Notes: a model not told the origin generated them from the letters alone. Shown: positions 41,443 to 53,500, numbered from the stretch's first letter. The stretch is 64,000 nt of DNA from an uncultured Planctomycetota bacterium (GCA_963845755.1 CAWJTV010000024.1:64001-128000); one strand, 5' to 3'. Numbers and translations are program-made.

Positions 41443-42393
41443 ATGAAGATCCTCTTTACGGGGGGGAGCTCGTTCACGGGGTACTGGTTCATCCGCGAGC
41501 TGGCGGCCGCCGGCCACGACGTCACGGCGGTCTTCCGTCGCCGCTCCGAGGATTATTCGGACGAAATCCGGCGGCGGCGCGTCGCCCTGGCCGCCGAAGT
41601 CTGCCGGCCGGTCCACGGCTACTCGCTCGGCGACGAGCGATTCCTCGAGCTGATCGGCGAGGGGGGCTGGGACCTGCTCAGCCATCACGGCGCCGATGTC
41701 ACCAACTACAAGAGCGCCGACTTCGACACCGTCGCCGCGCTTTCGAACAACACTCACAACCTGCCGGCGGTGCTCAAGGCCCTCGGGGCCGCGGGTTGCC
41801 GACGCGTGCTCCTGACCGGCAGCGTCTTCGAGGGAGGCGAGGGCGCCGGCTCTCAGGGCCTGCCCGACTTCTCCCCCTACGGCCTGTCCAAGGCCCTCAC
41901 GGCGCAGATGTTTCGTTTCTACTGCGCACGCGCCGGCCTCGGCCTGGGCAAGTTCGTCATCCCGAACCCGTTCGGCCCTTACGAGGAGCCGCGGTACACG
42001 TCCTATCTGATCAAGAACTGGCTGGCCGGCGGCACAGCCGCCTGCTCCAACCCGTCCTATGTTCGAGATAATATTCACGTGTCCTTGCTGGCGAAGGTCT
42101 ATGCCCGGTTCGCCGGCGAGTTCCCGGCCCAGGGCTTCACCCGGATCAATCCCAGCGGATACGCCGAGAGCCAGGGGGCATTCACGCTCCGGCTCGCCCA
42201 GGAGATGCGCCCCCGGCTGGGGCTGCCTTGTCCGGTCGAGCTGAAGAAGCAGGTCGACTTCTCCGAGCCGCGGGTCCGAATCAACACCGACCTGCCGGAC
42301 GTCAACGCCCTGGGCTGGGACGAGTCGGCTGCGTGGGACGACATGGCCCGGTATTATGTCTCGATCCTCGGCCCGGGGAACCGATCGCGTTAG
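41443..42393 (+). CDS. NAD-dependent epimerase/dehydratase
   Basis: TGGSSFTG, YGLSK, NPFGPYE and RDNIHV. Confidence 0.85.
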   Translation: MKILFTGGSSFTGYWFIRELAAAGHDVTAVFRRRSEDYSDEIRRRRVALAAEVCRPVHGYSLGDERFLELIGEGGWDLLSHHGADVTNYKSADFDTVAALSNNTHNLPAVLKALGAAGCRRVLLTGSVFEGGEGAGSQGLPDFSPYGLSKALTAQMFRFYCARAGLGLGKFVIPNPFGPYEEPRYTSYLIKNWLAGGTAACSNPSYVRDNIHVSLLAKVYARFAGEFPAQGFTRINPSGYAESQGAFTLRLAQEMRPRLGLPCPVELKKQVDFSEPRVRINTDLPDVNALGWDESAAWDDMARYYVSILGPGNRSR

Positions 42394-42520
42394 GCGAGCC
42401 GTCCGTCCGGGACGACATGGCTTGGCATGATGTTTTGAATCTTTACCCCTGTTCTCTTATCAAGAGGAGGGCGGCAATTCCTCCGTCGCCTGAACGCGAC
42501 GGTCTCCTTGCTGCGTTCTC

Positions 42521-43309
42521 ATGAAAGTCGTGATCTTCTGCGGGGGCCTGGGCGTCCGGATGAGGGAAGTCTCCGAGGAGATCCCCAAGCCGATGCTCCG
42601 CATCGGCGACCGGCCGATCCTCTGGCACATCATGAAGTATTATGCCCACTACGGCTTCCAGGACTTCATCCTCTGCCTGGGCTACCGGGCGAATACCGTC
42701 AAGGAGTTCTTCCTCAACTACGCCGAGCTGCGGGCCAACAACTTCGTCATCTCCCAGGGTGGAAAGGAGATCCACCACCTGCCCAGCGAGATCGACGGCT
42801 GGAACATCACGCTGGTCGATACGGGCCTCCACAGCAACATCGGCCAGCGGCTCAAGAAGATCGAGCCCTTCCTCGAAGGGGAAGAGATGTTCCTGGCCAA
42901 CTACGGCGACAACCTCACCGACGCCCCGATCGATGAGATGGTGCAGGACATGCGCGAGGACTCCACCAAGGTGGCCTCGTTCGTCTGCGTGCCGCCCAGC
43001 TCCAGCTTCCACATCGTCTCGTTCCAGGGAGGCGGGCGGAAGTGTTCGGTCACCGGCATCGCGTCGGCGAAGGAGAGCAACATCTGGATCAACGGGGGTT
43101 ACTTCGTGCTCCGCCACGAGATCTTCGAGCATCTCAAGGGCGGACGGGAACTCGTGCCCGATACCCTCAACGCACTCCGGCAGGAAGACCGGGTGGTCGC
43201 GTGGCGTCACGAGGGCTTCTGGGCGTCGATGGACACCCCCAAGGAGATGTATTACCTCAACGAACTCTATAGCAACGGCCGCGCCAAGTGGGCAAAGTGG
43301 GAATCCTGA
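42521..43309 (+). CDS. rfbF: glucose-1-phosphate cytidylyltransferase
   Basis: VVIFCGGLG.R, PKPM, ILWHIMK, VDTG, WINGGYF and GFWASMDT. Confidence 0.88.
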   Translation: MKVVIFCGGLGVRMREVSEEIPKPMLRIGDRPILWHIMKYYAHYGFQDFILCLGYRANTVKEFFLNYAELRANNFVISQGGKEIHHLPSEIDGWNITLVDTGLHSNIGQRLKKIEPFLEGEEMFLANYGDNLTDAPIDEMVQDMREDSTKVASFVCVPPSSSFHIVSFQGGGRKCSVTGIASAKESNIWINGGYFVLRHEIFEHLKGGRELVPDTLNALRQEDRVVAWRHEGFWASMDTPKEMYYLNELYSNGRAKWAKWES

Positions 43310-43404
43310 ACCGCTCGATCACGAACCGATCCGAGGATTAGCATAATGGCCTGGGATTTGCCAGGACTTCGACCGAGAGACGGAACTGCAAGGAAGGTCC
43401 CGGC

Positions 43405-44495
43405 ATGAGTAAGTTCCAGCACAGGCCCCGATCGAAACCGAGATTCGAGCCGTTGGGGACCACCCGGGAGATCCCGGATGCCTCACACGGTAACGATCCC
43501 CCCAGGAGCCTCATCGACGGAGGCCCGACGCACCACTGGCAGCATATCCCCGGCGATCATCGTAGGCCCGCCAGTCCGGAAAAGTTCGACCTCTACTGGG
43601 ACACGGCGAATCAGTTCGGCATGGTCCATCCCCGGGCCGAAGATCCCTCGCAAACCCTCATCTACTACGATACGGCAGACGAGGTCTACTACACCCACTC
43701 CGCTTCCCGGGGAGGGATGAAGGGCGCGATTCGCTGCCGTTTCTGGCCCGCCTGCTTCGCAGGCTGGCCTGGATGGCGGATCGGGGCACGTTGCTTTCCG
43801 ATCAGGAAATCGATCATTTCTGTCCCCGAAGGCCCGCGGCGATCCTGGACATGGGCTGCGGACCTGGTTACCTGCTCGCCAAGTGCCGAGATCTGGGCCA
43901 TGACGTCCAGGGCGTCGAACCCGATCCGGTAGCCCGCGAGCTTGCGCTGGCTCAGCAGTTGGTCGTCTACACAGGCACCGGCGAATCCTTACCCGAGCCC
44001 ATCCAGGCTCAGACGTTCGACATCATCGTCATCTCGCATGTGCTCCATCACTGCGTCAATCCCACCGTCGCCCTCCGTAACCTGGCGGACCGCCTCGCAC
44101 CTGGCGGCCGATTGATCTGCGAAGTGCCGAACCAGGCGTGCCTCGGCGCGATCTGGGCCGGGATCGCCTGGGGCCACCTCGACATCCCGCGCCAGCTCAA
44201 CGTCTTCACCCCGCAGAGCCTGAGCCGGATGATCGAGCAATCTTCGCTCCGCATCGAGGACGTTCGATGGGCCCAGTACTGTCAACAGTTCCTCTCGGCC
44301 ACGATCGAGAACGAGCGACATAAGTTCGATTTCTTCAAGGCCCGGGGAACGCGACGCGCCTCCCTCCCCGTGAAGCCGAGCATGCTCAGCCGATACGCCC
44401 TGCTGGCCCGGACCCTGTTCGCTCAATGTAAACATAAATACGATAGCATAAGGATCATTGCTCGGAAACCGGGCGGGGCCGATGAAACGGCTTGA
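43405..44495 (+). CDS. class I SAM-dependent methyltransferase (frameshift near 43720)
   Basis: ILDMGCGPG, GVEPD, SHVLHH and EVPN; the N-terminal part is in ORF 43405. Confidence 0.8.
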
Positions 44496-44692
44496 TCATC
44501 CGGTGGCGGCAACCGGTGTTGGTTATCGGGCGGCTGGTTGACGGAGAGCCCCACACCTGGACTCGACGTGCGCGGCGTCCGGATGAAAGGAGGCTCCACG
44601 ACGGCCTTCCGTCGCAGTCGCGCCCGCCAGCGTGGCGGGGAAGCCCCGTTCCGCCGATGCCCTCCGACGGCACACTTGCGAGATGAAACGAT

Positions 44693-45350
44693 ATGCGTGG
44701 ATTCGGCTTTGATTTTCCGCGGAACCGTGCTCCTCGCGTGCTGGCCATCGGCGCCCATGCCGACGACATCGAGATCGGCGCGGGCGGCACGGTGCTCCGC
44801 CTGGCCGAGGAGCATCCGGGGCTGGAGTTCAAGTGGGTCGTCCTGACCGGCCAAGGCGACCGGCAGACCGAGGCCCGCCGCAGCGCCGAGGCATTCCTCG
44901 GACCGGTGGGCGGCATCCGTCGAACTGCCCGGCTTCCGCGACGGATTCCTCCCCTATGACGGCCGCGAGGTCAAGGCGTTCTTCGAGACCCTCAAGCCGT
45001 TCGAGCCCGACCTGATCCTGACCCACTGCCGCGGCGACCTCCACCAGGACCATCGCCTCGCCTGCGAACTGACGTGGAATACGTTCCGCAACCACCTGAT
45101 CCTCGAGTACGAGATCCCCAAGTACGACGGCGATCTCGGGACGCCCAACTTCTACGTCCCGTTGCACGAGGACCAAGTCCACCGGAAGATCGATCTCCTT
45201 GCCGAGCACTTCGCCAGCCAGCGCGTCAAGCACTGGTACGAGCGCGAGACGTTCCTCGGCCTGATGCGCATCCGGGGCCTGGAATGTCACGTCGCTGGCC
45301 ACGCCGAGGCCTTTTATTGCCGCAAGGTCGTCCTGGGCGGCACCGACTGA
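44693..45350 (+). CDS. PIG-L/LmbE-family deacetylase (frameshift near 44915)
   Basis: IGAHADDIEIG, then in the next frame FRDGFLPY, DLHQDH, YEIPKYDGD and AEAF. Confidence 0.85.
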
Positions 45351-45399
45351 CCGGTGGCCAGGGAATCCACAATCGGTCTTGGCTTGTTGCGACCGGCGA

Positions 45400-46248
45400 C
45401 TATTCCGAGTGATAGAGCTCGCGTAACTTCTCGGCCACGACGGCGTCCCAGGGGAGGATCTCCTGCTCCGGAACGGCGGCCAGGTCCGCGGTGCGGTAGC
45501 GGACGAAGCAGCAATGCGACCGCCCCAGCTCGAATTCCGTCGGGGCGGTCCGGAGCGATTCCCGGATCTCCTCCTGGACCCCCGCCAGCGCGGCGACGAA
45601 GCGATCGTAACCGTCCCTCGGTCGGCCCGGCCCCGCCCACGGCACGGGAGTGACGGCCCCCAGAACCAAGAAGACGTCATTGTCCCGATCCGTCTCCTTC
45701 TCATGATACTTGTGAATGATGTGGAATAACTCCGCCCCCTTGCGGAAATCCAGCAGCGCCGGCCGGATGACGCCGCCGGTGATCGGCCACCCGATGGCGA
45801 CGATCAAACCATCCTGGCGGATGGTGAAACTCCGTTCGAATGGGGGGCGTTGATCGTAAGGATTGGCATCGGCCGGGGAGAAGCCTCCGAATCGGAGCCG
45901 GATCGGCCATTCGATCCGGCGGATCGACTTGACGAAGCCTTCCAGATCCATGGGACGCAGGTCGGCGCCCGGCCGGCTCCTCCTCTCATTCGCGTTGACC
46001 AACCCGCCCTGTTCGAGGCTCGCTTCCATCCCGATCAAGGTGGCATGGACTTGGCTGGCGGGAGCCAGGCGGATCCAATCGCAATCCAGCCACCGGGAGA
46101 GCCGGCGGCGTAGGGAGTCCTGCAGCCGATCGATCAGGCCATCGATCACCCGGGGCCGGCGCTCGTGGAAGAACGCCACACACGTCACCCCCGGATTCAC
46201 TCTCGACCGGCCCTCCCAGGCCCTGGCCACGGACACCCGATCCAACAT
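45400..46248 (-). CDS. hypothetical protein (single HxT motif, possibly 2H-phosphoesterase-like fold)
   Basis: GC-ending codons and QVHATLIG; fills the gap between + strand genes. Start uncertain. Confidence 0.6.
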   Translation of the reverse strand: MLDRVSVARAWEGRSRVNPGVTCVAFFHERRPRVIDGLIDRLQDSLRRRLSRWLDCDWIRLAPASQVHATLIGMEASLEQGGLVNANERRSRPGADLRPMDLEGFVKSIRRIEWPIRLRFGGFSPADANPYDQRPPFERSFTIRQDGLIVAIGWPITGGVIRPALLDFRKGAELFHIIHKYHEKETDRDNDVFLVLGAVTPVPWAGPGRPRDGYDRFVAALAGVQEEIRESLRTAPTEFELGRSHCCFVRYRTADLAAVPEQEILPWDAVVAEKLRELYHSE

Positions 46249-46344
46249 GGCTTTACCCTCCAAGGACTCCGGCAATGCGACGACCGCCTGCTGGCAAGTC
46301 GAGATCAACGCCTCGGCTGAGGGGAGGCGAAAGAATCGGACAGA

Positions 46345-46430
46345 AGATTCAAAATTCGATACAGATAAATATTAATTTTTAAAAAATCTTGAATTTGTGA
46401 TTTTAAATAGATTCTTTCACAGCCTGTGAA
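46345..46430. promoter_or_regulatory. AT-rich divergent promoter region with TTCACAG-C-CTGTGAA palindrome
   Basis: About 80 nt almost devoid of G/C; perfect 7-bp inverted repeat at 46416-46430. Confidence 0.5.
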
Positions 46431-46547
46431 TCCACTCCTAGGCCGAGCGGATCCCAACCTCACATCGCCGGGGACCCCAGGCCCCACTGCGGCTGCCCCA
46501 CTGAATAGATCAGTCCACCTGGCCGACAACTTTGCAGGGTAAGGACC

Positions 46548-47364
46548 ATGAGCACGACCGAGAGCGAGCAGCAGCACACCTCGAGGAACGCGCGGACCGT
46601 GCTGGCTCTTCGACATCCCGTTCGCACCGTTGACCCTCGACGAGACCGCCTACGAAGTGGAACGGCTCATCCTCCGGAAGGTCCCGTCTTATCTCATCAC
46701 GGCGAATACCAACTATGCGATGCTCGTGGCCGAGCTGCCGGATCTGCATGAGGTGAATCGAAAGGCGGCGCTGATCGTTGCCGATGGCATCCACCTGGTG
46801 CGTGCCTCGCGGATGACGCGGTGTCCGCTACCAGAGCGCGTCACGGGCACCGACTTGCTGTATCGATTCAGCGAATTGGCTGCACAAAGGGGTTACCGCC
46901 TGTTCTTCCTCGGCGGAGCACCCGGCGTGGGCGATCAGGCCGCGCAGAATCTGTGTGCTCGATATCCCGGCCTCCAGATCGTCGGGACGGAGTCACCGAT
47001 GCTCAAGGACCTGACGCACGAGCAGCACGAGGCGCTGATCGCTCGCATCCGTGAGGCACGGCCCGATGTTGTGTTCCTCGCGATGAGCCAACCTCAGGGG
47101 GAACGCTGGATGCATCGAAATCACGAGACGCTGGGGGTCCCGGTTTGCATTCAGGTCGGATCGGCCGTCGACTTCGCCGCCGGCAGAATGCCCCGGGCAC
47201 CATGGTGGATGCGAAAGGCCGGCTTGGAAGCCCCCTACCGCATGTTTCGAGAGCCCTTGCGGCTGGCACCTCGTTATAGCCGCAACGCCCTGTTCCTGGC
47301 TAAATCCCTCGTCCGATTCGCACTGAGTCCCGAATATCGGCGTCAGGACCGGTCTCCTGACTGA
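46548..47364 (+). CDS. WecB/TagA/CpsF (GT26) glycosyltransferase (frameshift near 46598)
   Basis: ITAN, VADG, ERVTGTDL, FFLGG and RAP.WM...GLE..YRM..EP.RL..RY. RBS AAGGA before ATG 46548. Confidence 0.9.
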
Positions 47365-47410
47365 CTCGACCATCGATCCGGTCGGGGCGACGTATTGCCG
47401 AAAATTAAGA

Positions 47411-47450
47411 GGGCGGCGATTTTCTCCATCGAGGGAGGAAATCGCCGCCC
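47411..47450. terminator. hairpin between convergent genes
   Basis: GGGCGGCGATTTTCTCC-ATCGAG-GGAGGAAATCGCCGCCC; no strong U-tract. Confidence 0.6.
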
Positions 47451-47521
47451 TTGGTCGTCGAACGGAATTGGCAGATCTTCGGGGCAGGCAGGATCCTGAC
47501 CATTCCGTTTGGATGGCCGGC

Positions 47522-48376
47522 TCAATACGCACCAACTCGGAACAATACCACGAAGAAGGTCTTGCAGAGGATCACGAGGTCCCTACCCAGAGACCAGTTA
47601 ACGACGTAATCGGTATCGAGCTCAACCATGCGTTCGTGATTCAATCGGCTACGTCCGCCGACTTGCCAAGGCCCCGTCACCCCGGGCAGGACCACGAGGC
47701 GACGTTCGAAGCCCTCGGGATTCAAGGCGAAGAGCAGATCGCTGTCGCGAAGGGGAAGGGGTCGTGGTCCGACCAAACTCATCTCGCCCTTTAATACGTT
47801 GATTAACTGAGGGATTTCATCCAAGCTATAGCGACGCAGTTTCGCTCCCAACCGCGTGATGCGCGGATCGTTGCGAACCTTGAACAGAACGCCGCCATCC
47901 GACTCGTTGCTACTCTCCAGCTCCACAATCTGCTGCTCCGCGTTCACAGACATGGTCCGAAATTTGAGGATCCAGAATAACTGGCCCCGATAACCACGCC
48001 GTAACTGCTTGAACAGAACGGGGCCGCGGGAATCCAACCGGATCATCAGGGCGATCACCCCGATGATCGGCGCGAGCAGGAAAAGGCCCAACAAGGCGCC
48101 CGTGAGGTCAATCACACGCTTGACCAGGAACTGCAAACTACCCTTCGCCAGCCTCTCCGTGCCCAAGGGGAGGGACGATGGCACGGGGCCCGCATCTTGC
48201 GTGATCGCTGCGCTGTCGAACGTTGCTGAATTCAAGGGAGACATTGACGTGGGGATCAAAGTACTCATCGGGGAGGATTCTCCGTGGCATCGCAATTCAC
48301 TCTGGCTCTCAATCTCATCGGAGAGCTGTGCCGCCAATCCGGCTTCCATAAATATGCGTCGCTCTACAAGCGTCAT
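47522..48376 (-). CDS. priming sugar transferase (WbaP/WcaJ catalytic-domain type)
   Basis: KRVID, DSRGPVLF, KFRTM, DPRITRLG, SLDEIPQL, MSLVGPRP and PGVTG.WQV. The start may lie further in (about 48268). Confidence 0.92.
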   Translation of the reverse strand: MTLVERRIFMEAGLAAQLSDEIESQSELRCHGESSPMSTLIPTSMSPLNSATFDSAAITQDAGPVPSSLPLGTERLAKGSLQFLVKRVIDLTGALLGLFLLAPIIGVIALMIRLDSRGPVLFKQLRRGYRGQLFWILKFRTMSVNAEQQIVELESSNESDGGVLFKVRNDPRITRLGAKLRRYSLDEIPQLINVLKGEMSLVGPRPLPLRDSDLLFALNPEGFERRLVVLPGVTGPWQVGGRSRLNHERMVELDTDYVVNWSLGRDLVILCKTFFVVLFRVGAY

Positions 48377-48774
48377 TTATTCCATGGTTTTGGGACCCGG
48401 TCAATCGGAATAAAGGGCTAGCCTAACACGGGCTTTCCGGAGGGTCAATGAATTGCGACTCCTTGGCCTCGCCGTGTTGATTTTTGGAATCAACCGTGAG
48501 ACTTTGATTGGCGACCGTTCCGGGCTCAAGAGCCCTGGCGACCTCTCCGACAGGAGGAAAAAACCCCCGATTTCCGGCGGCAAGTCGGATACGACTCCAT
48601 GGAACGTCTTGAACTCCAACCACTTGCGCCGGGGACCCCTTCTGCCTCGCGATCCGTCTCCTCGTTGCCACCGGAAAAACTAAGGGTTTCGTTTTGACAA
48701 CGCGGTCGATCCGCGGCAAGACCTCGAGATTGCGACACAGACCGGGTGAAAGGCTGCATCCTTCCTCCGTATTG

Positions 48775-50361
48775 TCAGGAAACGCCGGGCAAGAGTTTGA
48801 GGATCTTCTGCCAGCACGTCTCCCGCTCACCCTGAATGGTCACGATTCGCTGATGTATCCAGGCGACGGTATCGCGGTCCGGAGCAGAGGGTGCCGGAAC
48901 GCCGGGAGAACCGGGAGGGATGGGCCCGGAGTGGGATTGATCGGGGCGTGGGGGCGGGGGCGAGAGCGGGGGTATCCCGGGGAGGCCCGCCCCGAGGGGT
49001 GAACGGAGTCCTGGTGGGGTGGCCGCCGGGGCGAAGGGTGGAACCATCGCGGATGGTCCAGATGAAGGAAGCAACGCATCCCCCAAACGAGCCCAGGCGG
49101 CGGCTGGACTGAACGGCTCCGCAGCGGGCCGTTGATCGCGGGCTGCCGCGGCAACGGAGTCGGTTCGTTCGCCCGACGTCGGATCCGACTGCCGTGACGG
49201 CTTGGCCAGCTCCACTTTCAATTCCTGAAGCTCTCGGGAGAGCTGATGGAGCCGGTCGAGCTCCTCTCGGATCACCACCATCTGCTCGCGGTGCATGGTG
49301 CCGAACATCTGGACCAGCATGCCCATGGCTTGCTGGAACTGATCGAACATCTGCTGTTGCATCATGCTGAACTGGCTGACCAGCGGCATCAGGACCGATT
49401 CGTGCAGCTCGGGTTGGGCCAGCCTGCCGGAAAGTGCGGCGTCCGTGGGGACGACCTCGATACCGGAGGCCGCGGCGACGAACGGGATGGGAAAGGAGGG
49501 CGCCGGCCCCGACGCGCCGCCGGAGCCCGCTGGAGGCGACACCGCGGCATCTCGTTGAGCAGCGATCGACCGCTGGGGGAGACCGGCCGGGTTCCGACGC
49601 GCGATCGCTCGGGCTGCAGGCCTGCGGGCCGAGTCGGCCGCCACACCCTCGGATCCCTGGTCGCGATCCCGGCATTGGATGCGGATTCGATAGCGTCCGA
49701 TGCCGAGCACGTCGCCATCAAGCAGCGGACCGGAACGCACCAGCCCCCCGTTGACGGTGATGCTGTGGTTCCCACGCAAATCGACAACCCACAGGCCCGT
49801 GGGCGTGCGCAGCAAGCTTGCGTGGAAAGCCGAGACACTCGGATCGGTCAGCCGGAACTTGCAACCCTTGGCCGATCCGATCAAGGACATGACCCGGTGC
49901 ATCGGCCAGATCATCGACTGCGACGGGCCGTTGAGGAACTCCAGGGCGACGGCGGGTAAGGGCTCGCGTCCCAACACCTGCGCCGCCAGTGGGGTTTCCC
50001 GTGGGACCTCGCCCAGGGCGGGGTCACCGCCCGAGGCCGTGGTGGGCCGACGGATCACGTAGGAGCCGACCCCGATGAACCCACGCCCTTCCAACCAGCC
50101 GGACTTCTGCGTCCCGGCTTCCGCCCGTGTCCCCGTCCGGCTCTCGAGATCGATCCAGAACAGCCGTCCCTCGACCGCCTGCAGATAGACGTGCCGCCGA
50201 CTGACCCGCGGGTCATCGAGGATCACGTCGGCCCGGTCATCACGGCCGATCACGGCGAACGGCTGGGGGAATTGCCGCGCCTCACCACCCTTGGCCCCCG
50301 GACCCTCGACGGTGATCCGGAGCGAGTCCTTGATCCCACAGGCGTTCAGGAAGGATCTCAT
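48775..50361 (-). CDS. tandem FHA-domain protein with coiled coil and Pro-rich tail
   Basis: FHA1: IGR..ADV.LDDPRVSRRH..DLESRTGT. FHA2: IGS..C..L.DPSVSAFH..DL..ITVNG. Confidence 0.82.
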   Translation of the reverse strand: MRSFLNACGIKDSLRITVEGPGAKGGEARQFPQPFAVIGRDDRADVILDDPRVSRRHVYLQAVEGRLFWIDLESRTGTRAEAGTQKSGWLEGRGFIGVGSYVIRRPTTASGGDPALGEVPRETPLAAQVLGREPLPAVALEFLNGPSQSMIWPMHRVMSLIGSAKGCKFRLTDPSVSAFHASLLRTPTGLWVVDLRGNHSITVNGGLVRSGPLLDGDVLGIGRYRIRIQCRDRDQGSEGVAADSARRPAARAIARRNPAGLPQRSIAAQRDAAVSPPAGSGGASGPAPSFPIPFVAAASGIEVVPTDAALSGRLAQPELHESVLMPLVSQFSMMQQQMFDQFQQAMGMLVQMFGTMHREQMVVIREELDRLHQLSRELQELKVELAKPSRQSDPTSGERTDSVAAAARDQRPAAEPFSPAAAWARLGDALLPSSGPSAMVPPFAPAATPPGLRSPLGAGLPGIPPLSPPPPRPDQSHSGPIPPGSPGVPAPSAPDRDTVAWIHQRIVTIQGERETCWQKILKLLPGVS

Positions 50362-50524
50362 GAGCTACCATTGAGAGAATCGAGGGACTCGACCGACTTC
50401 GTCGCGCGGATCGGCTCCGATGGCCGGCAGCGAAGCCTCGCATGGCCATCGGCCCGTGATGGCACAACCTCCGGCGGCCATCCCCACCGATAGAGATGAC
50501 CGGCCGTGTACCACAGATCAACGG

Positions 50525-53500
50525 TCAAGGTCTGCTGAACTCGTCGAGCACCTTCTGATAGGTGAGTATCTCCAGCTTGTGCAAGCCATTGGGTAATCCC
50601 CGACTCTTGGCGGCCTCCCAGCTCTGCTTTGCCTTTTCTTTGTCTTTCACCTTGAGATACGCCTGCGCCAGGTGAAAGTACTTGGGGCCGGTGGGCTGCG
50701 CATGGACCGCCGCTTCCAGGTCCTTGACGGCGTTCTGGCCCTCACCGGCGCAGAGATAGACGACACCCCGTGTGTCCAGGAAGTCGGGCTGCGCCCCTGG
50801 TTCTGGATCGCCTTGTTGATCAGATCGAGAGCATCGCTCGAATTACCACCCCTCAGCGCTATCAACCAGGCGAGGTTGTTGGACGCAGTCCCCCCGCGAT
50901 CATCGATACTAATGGCGGCACGGTATTGGTCCTCGGCCTTCCGGTGCTCCTCCAGCCGCTCGTAGAGGTTGCCCAGGCCGAACGGATAGAGCGGCGATTG
51001 TGGCTTCTCCTTCATCCCCCTCTGGAGCCAGCCGATGGCGAGGTTGATCTGGGCCGGGCTAACGGGGACATTGGGGTCGGCGAATGTCAAGATAATCAGA
51101 CGGGCGACCTCATCATGGTCACCCTCCTGTTTCCACAGGGACTGGCACAACTCGACGATCGCATCGAGCTTCTTCTGCCGCACGAGGAACTGGACCAGCT
51201 TGAGGTGGTTCGGCAAGGTGGCCGATTCAGCCGCGATCCGGCGGTAGATCTGCTCGGCCAGCTCGAACTCGCCGATCTGCTCGGCCAGCCCGGCCAGGCG
51301 TTGCCGGACCTCGGGGCCGAGATTGGGCCGATCCATCGTCGAGCGGATCCGGGCTTTCGCCGCTTCGACCTGGTTCCGGGCCTTATCAAGCTTCACCTCG
51401 AGGACCAGGACCGCCAGCAGATCCGGCTGGATCTGCCTGAGTTTCCCGATCAGCTCTTGGACCTCGACGAGGTCCCGATCCTCGTTGGGTTGGTGGTGGC
51501 GCAGGAGGCTCTCTGCAAATTGATTGAGGTAAATGGGCCGCCGTCGATTGGCCTCCAGGTCGGTGGGGGTGTTGGTGCGCAGGATCAGCTCGCGATACTG
51601 GTCACGGGCATTGGTCCACTCGCCGGCGGCTTCCTCGATCTGGGCCAACAGGAACCGGTCCTCGGCATTGGCGAGGTTCCGATTGACCAGCGTGTTGAGG
51701 ACTTCGATCGCCCGCTTAAGGTGCTGCGGAGTCCCCTGGGCCTCGAGCACTCTGGCCAGGACCCTCAATTCCTCCGGCTCGTCGGCGCCGTCCTGGCGGC
51801 CGACCGCTTCCAGGATGGCCAGGGCCTTGGCCGGCTGCCGCGGGTTGCCGGTGACATACGTCAAGGCGAGGTTGCGCCGGGCCCAGGCGACCGTGGTCTC
51901 GGCCTGGGATCCGCCCTTCCGGCCCAGGATCTCGCTCAACTGCTTCTGGGCCTCGGCAATCTGGTTGGTCCGCAGGAAGAACGCGGCGAACAGGCGATCG
52001 ATCGTCGGGTCGCCGGGGTCCTTCTGGCCGGCCTTCGCCTTGACGAACCATTGCCGCGTCGCGTCATACCACTTCTTGACCTGGTCTGCCTTGTTCGTCG
52101 CCTGGTAGCCGCCCCCCAGGGTCTCGCAGCACTGGGCCAAGACCAGCGGGGCCTGGGATAGACTGGCCTCGGCCTTCTGGACTTCCAGTTCGGCATCCTG
52201 GAGTCGCCCGGTCCTGACCAGGAACTCGACCAACGTGGTGATCCACCGGCCGGGATCGGTCTTGGCCTCGGCGAGGGCGGTGCGGATCTCGGTCTCCGCT
52301 TCGGGCAGCCTCCCGCTGTCCATAAGGACCTTGACCAGCCAGATCCGCTCCTCGAAATTGCCGGGCCGGGCCTTCACCGCGTTGCGCGCGATCTCCACAG
52401 CCTGGCGGAAGTCGTGTGTCTCGACGGCGTACCGCGACGCCAGCCGCCCGAGGTCGATGAACTGGGAGATCGAGGGGAGCCGGCTCATGAGTTGGAGGGC
52501 CTCGCCGCCGCGGCTTGCGGCGAAGAGGAGCTGGACGGTGCGCCGCAAGACGGCCGGGTTGTGCGCCCCCAGATCGATGGCCCTGAGATAGGTGCTGATA
52601 AGCGATTCCTGCTTCTCTCGCACCTGGGCCGCTTCGAGCCCCCCCTGGACCAGCTCTTGCTCTTCCATCTTGGCCGTCGCCAGGGAAATCGACGCCCAGT
52701 CGGGACGGCGCGTCTTCAAGTCGGTCAGCAGGGCCCGCGCGTCGGTTCGCAGCCGCTCCCGATCGGCCTTGTCCTCGCTACGACCCGCCTGCCAGATCAG
52801 GTAGTCCACCTGGCAATAGCGGCCGTGCAAGGGGTCGAGTTTCCCGATGGACTCGATCTCCTTCTCGATCTTGGCCCGGTCGGCGGACTGGAGTGCCAGA
52901 GCGAAGAGATTGAGGCGGGGATCCAGGCTCTCGGGATCCAGCTCGGCCAGCCGCGACCACATCCGGGCCGCCCCCTCCAGGTCCTGCTGGCGGGTCAACT
53001 CGGTGGCCAGGATGGCCAGCAGGCGCCGGCGGCTCTCCTTGGGGAAGGCCTCGAGATCATCGCCCAGGCTGTTCAAGGCCGCCAGGGCCTTCGGGCCCCC
53101 CTTTCGCACCCAGATCTGCGCGCGGCCGAGCCGGAACTCCACCCGATCACCCAGCGCCGCGCGGGCTCGCTCCAGCACGTCCAGGGCCTCGTCATACTTC
53201 TTCTCCTGCACCAGCAACTGGGCCTCGGTGGTCCAGGGTTCGACGGACTGGGGAAACTGCGAGCGGGCCGTCTTCAGCGCGTCCGCCGCCTTGGCTAGCT
53301 GGCCCTGCTCCGCGAACAGCCTCGCCCGCAGGACGACCGGCTCGGCGGACCCCGGCGCGGCCTTGACCGCCGCCTCGACCAGCCGATCGATCTCGCTCCA
53401 GTCCCGCTGGCCCGGCGAACGCTGCTGGTTCCGCATGATCAGCAACCGCACCAGACCTAGCTGGACCTGGGGCACCTGGGCGACGATACGCTGGTACTGC

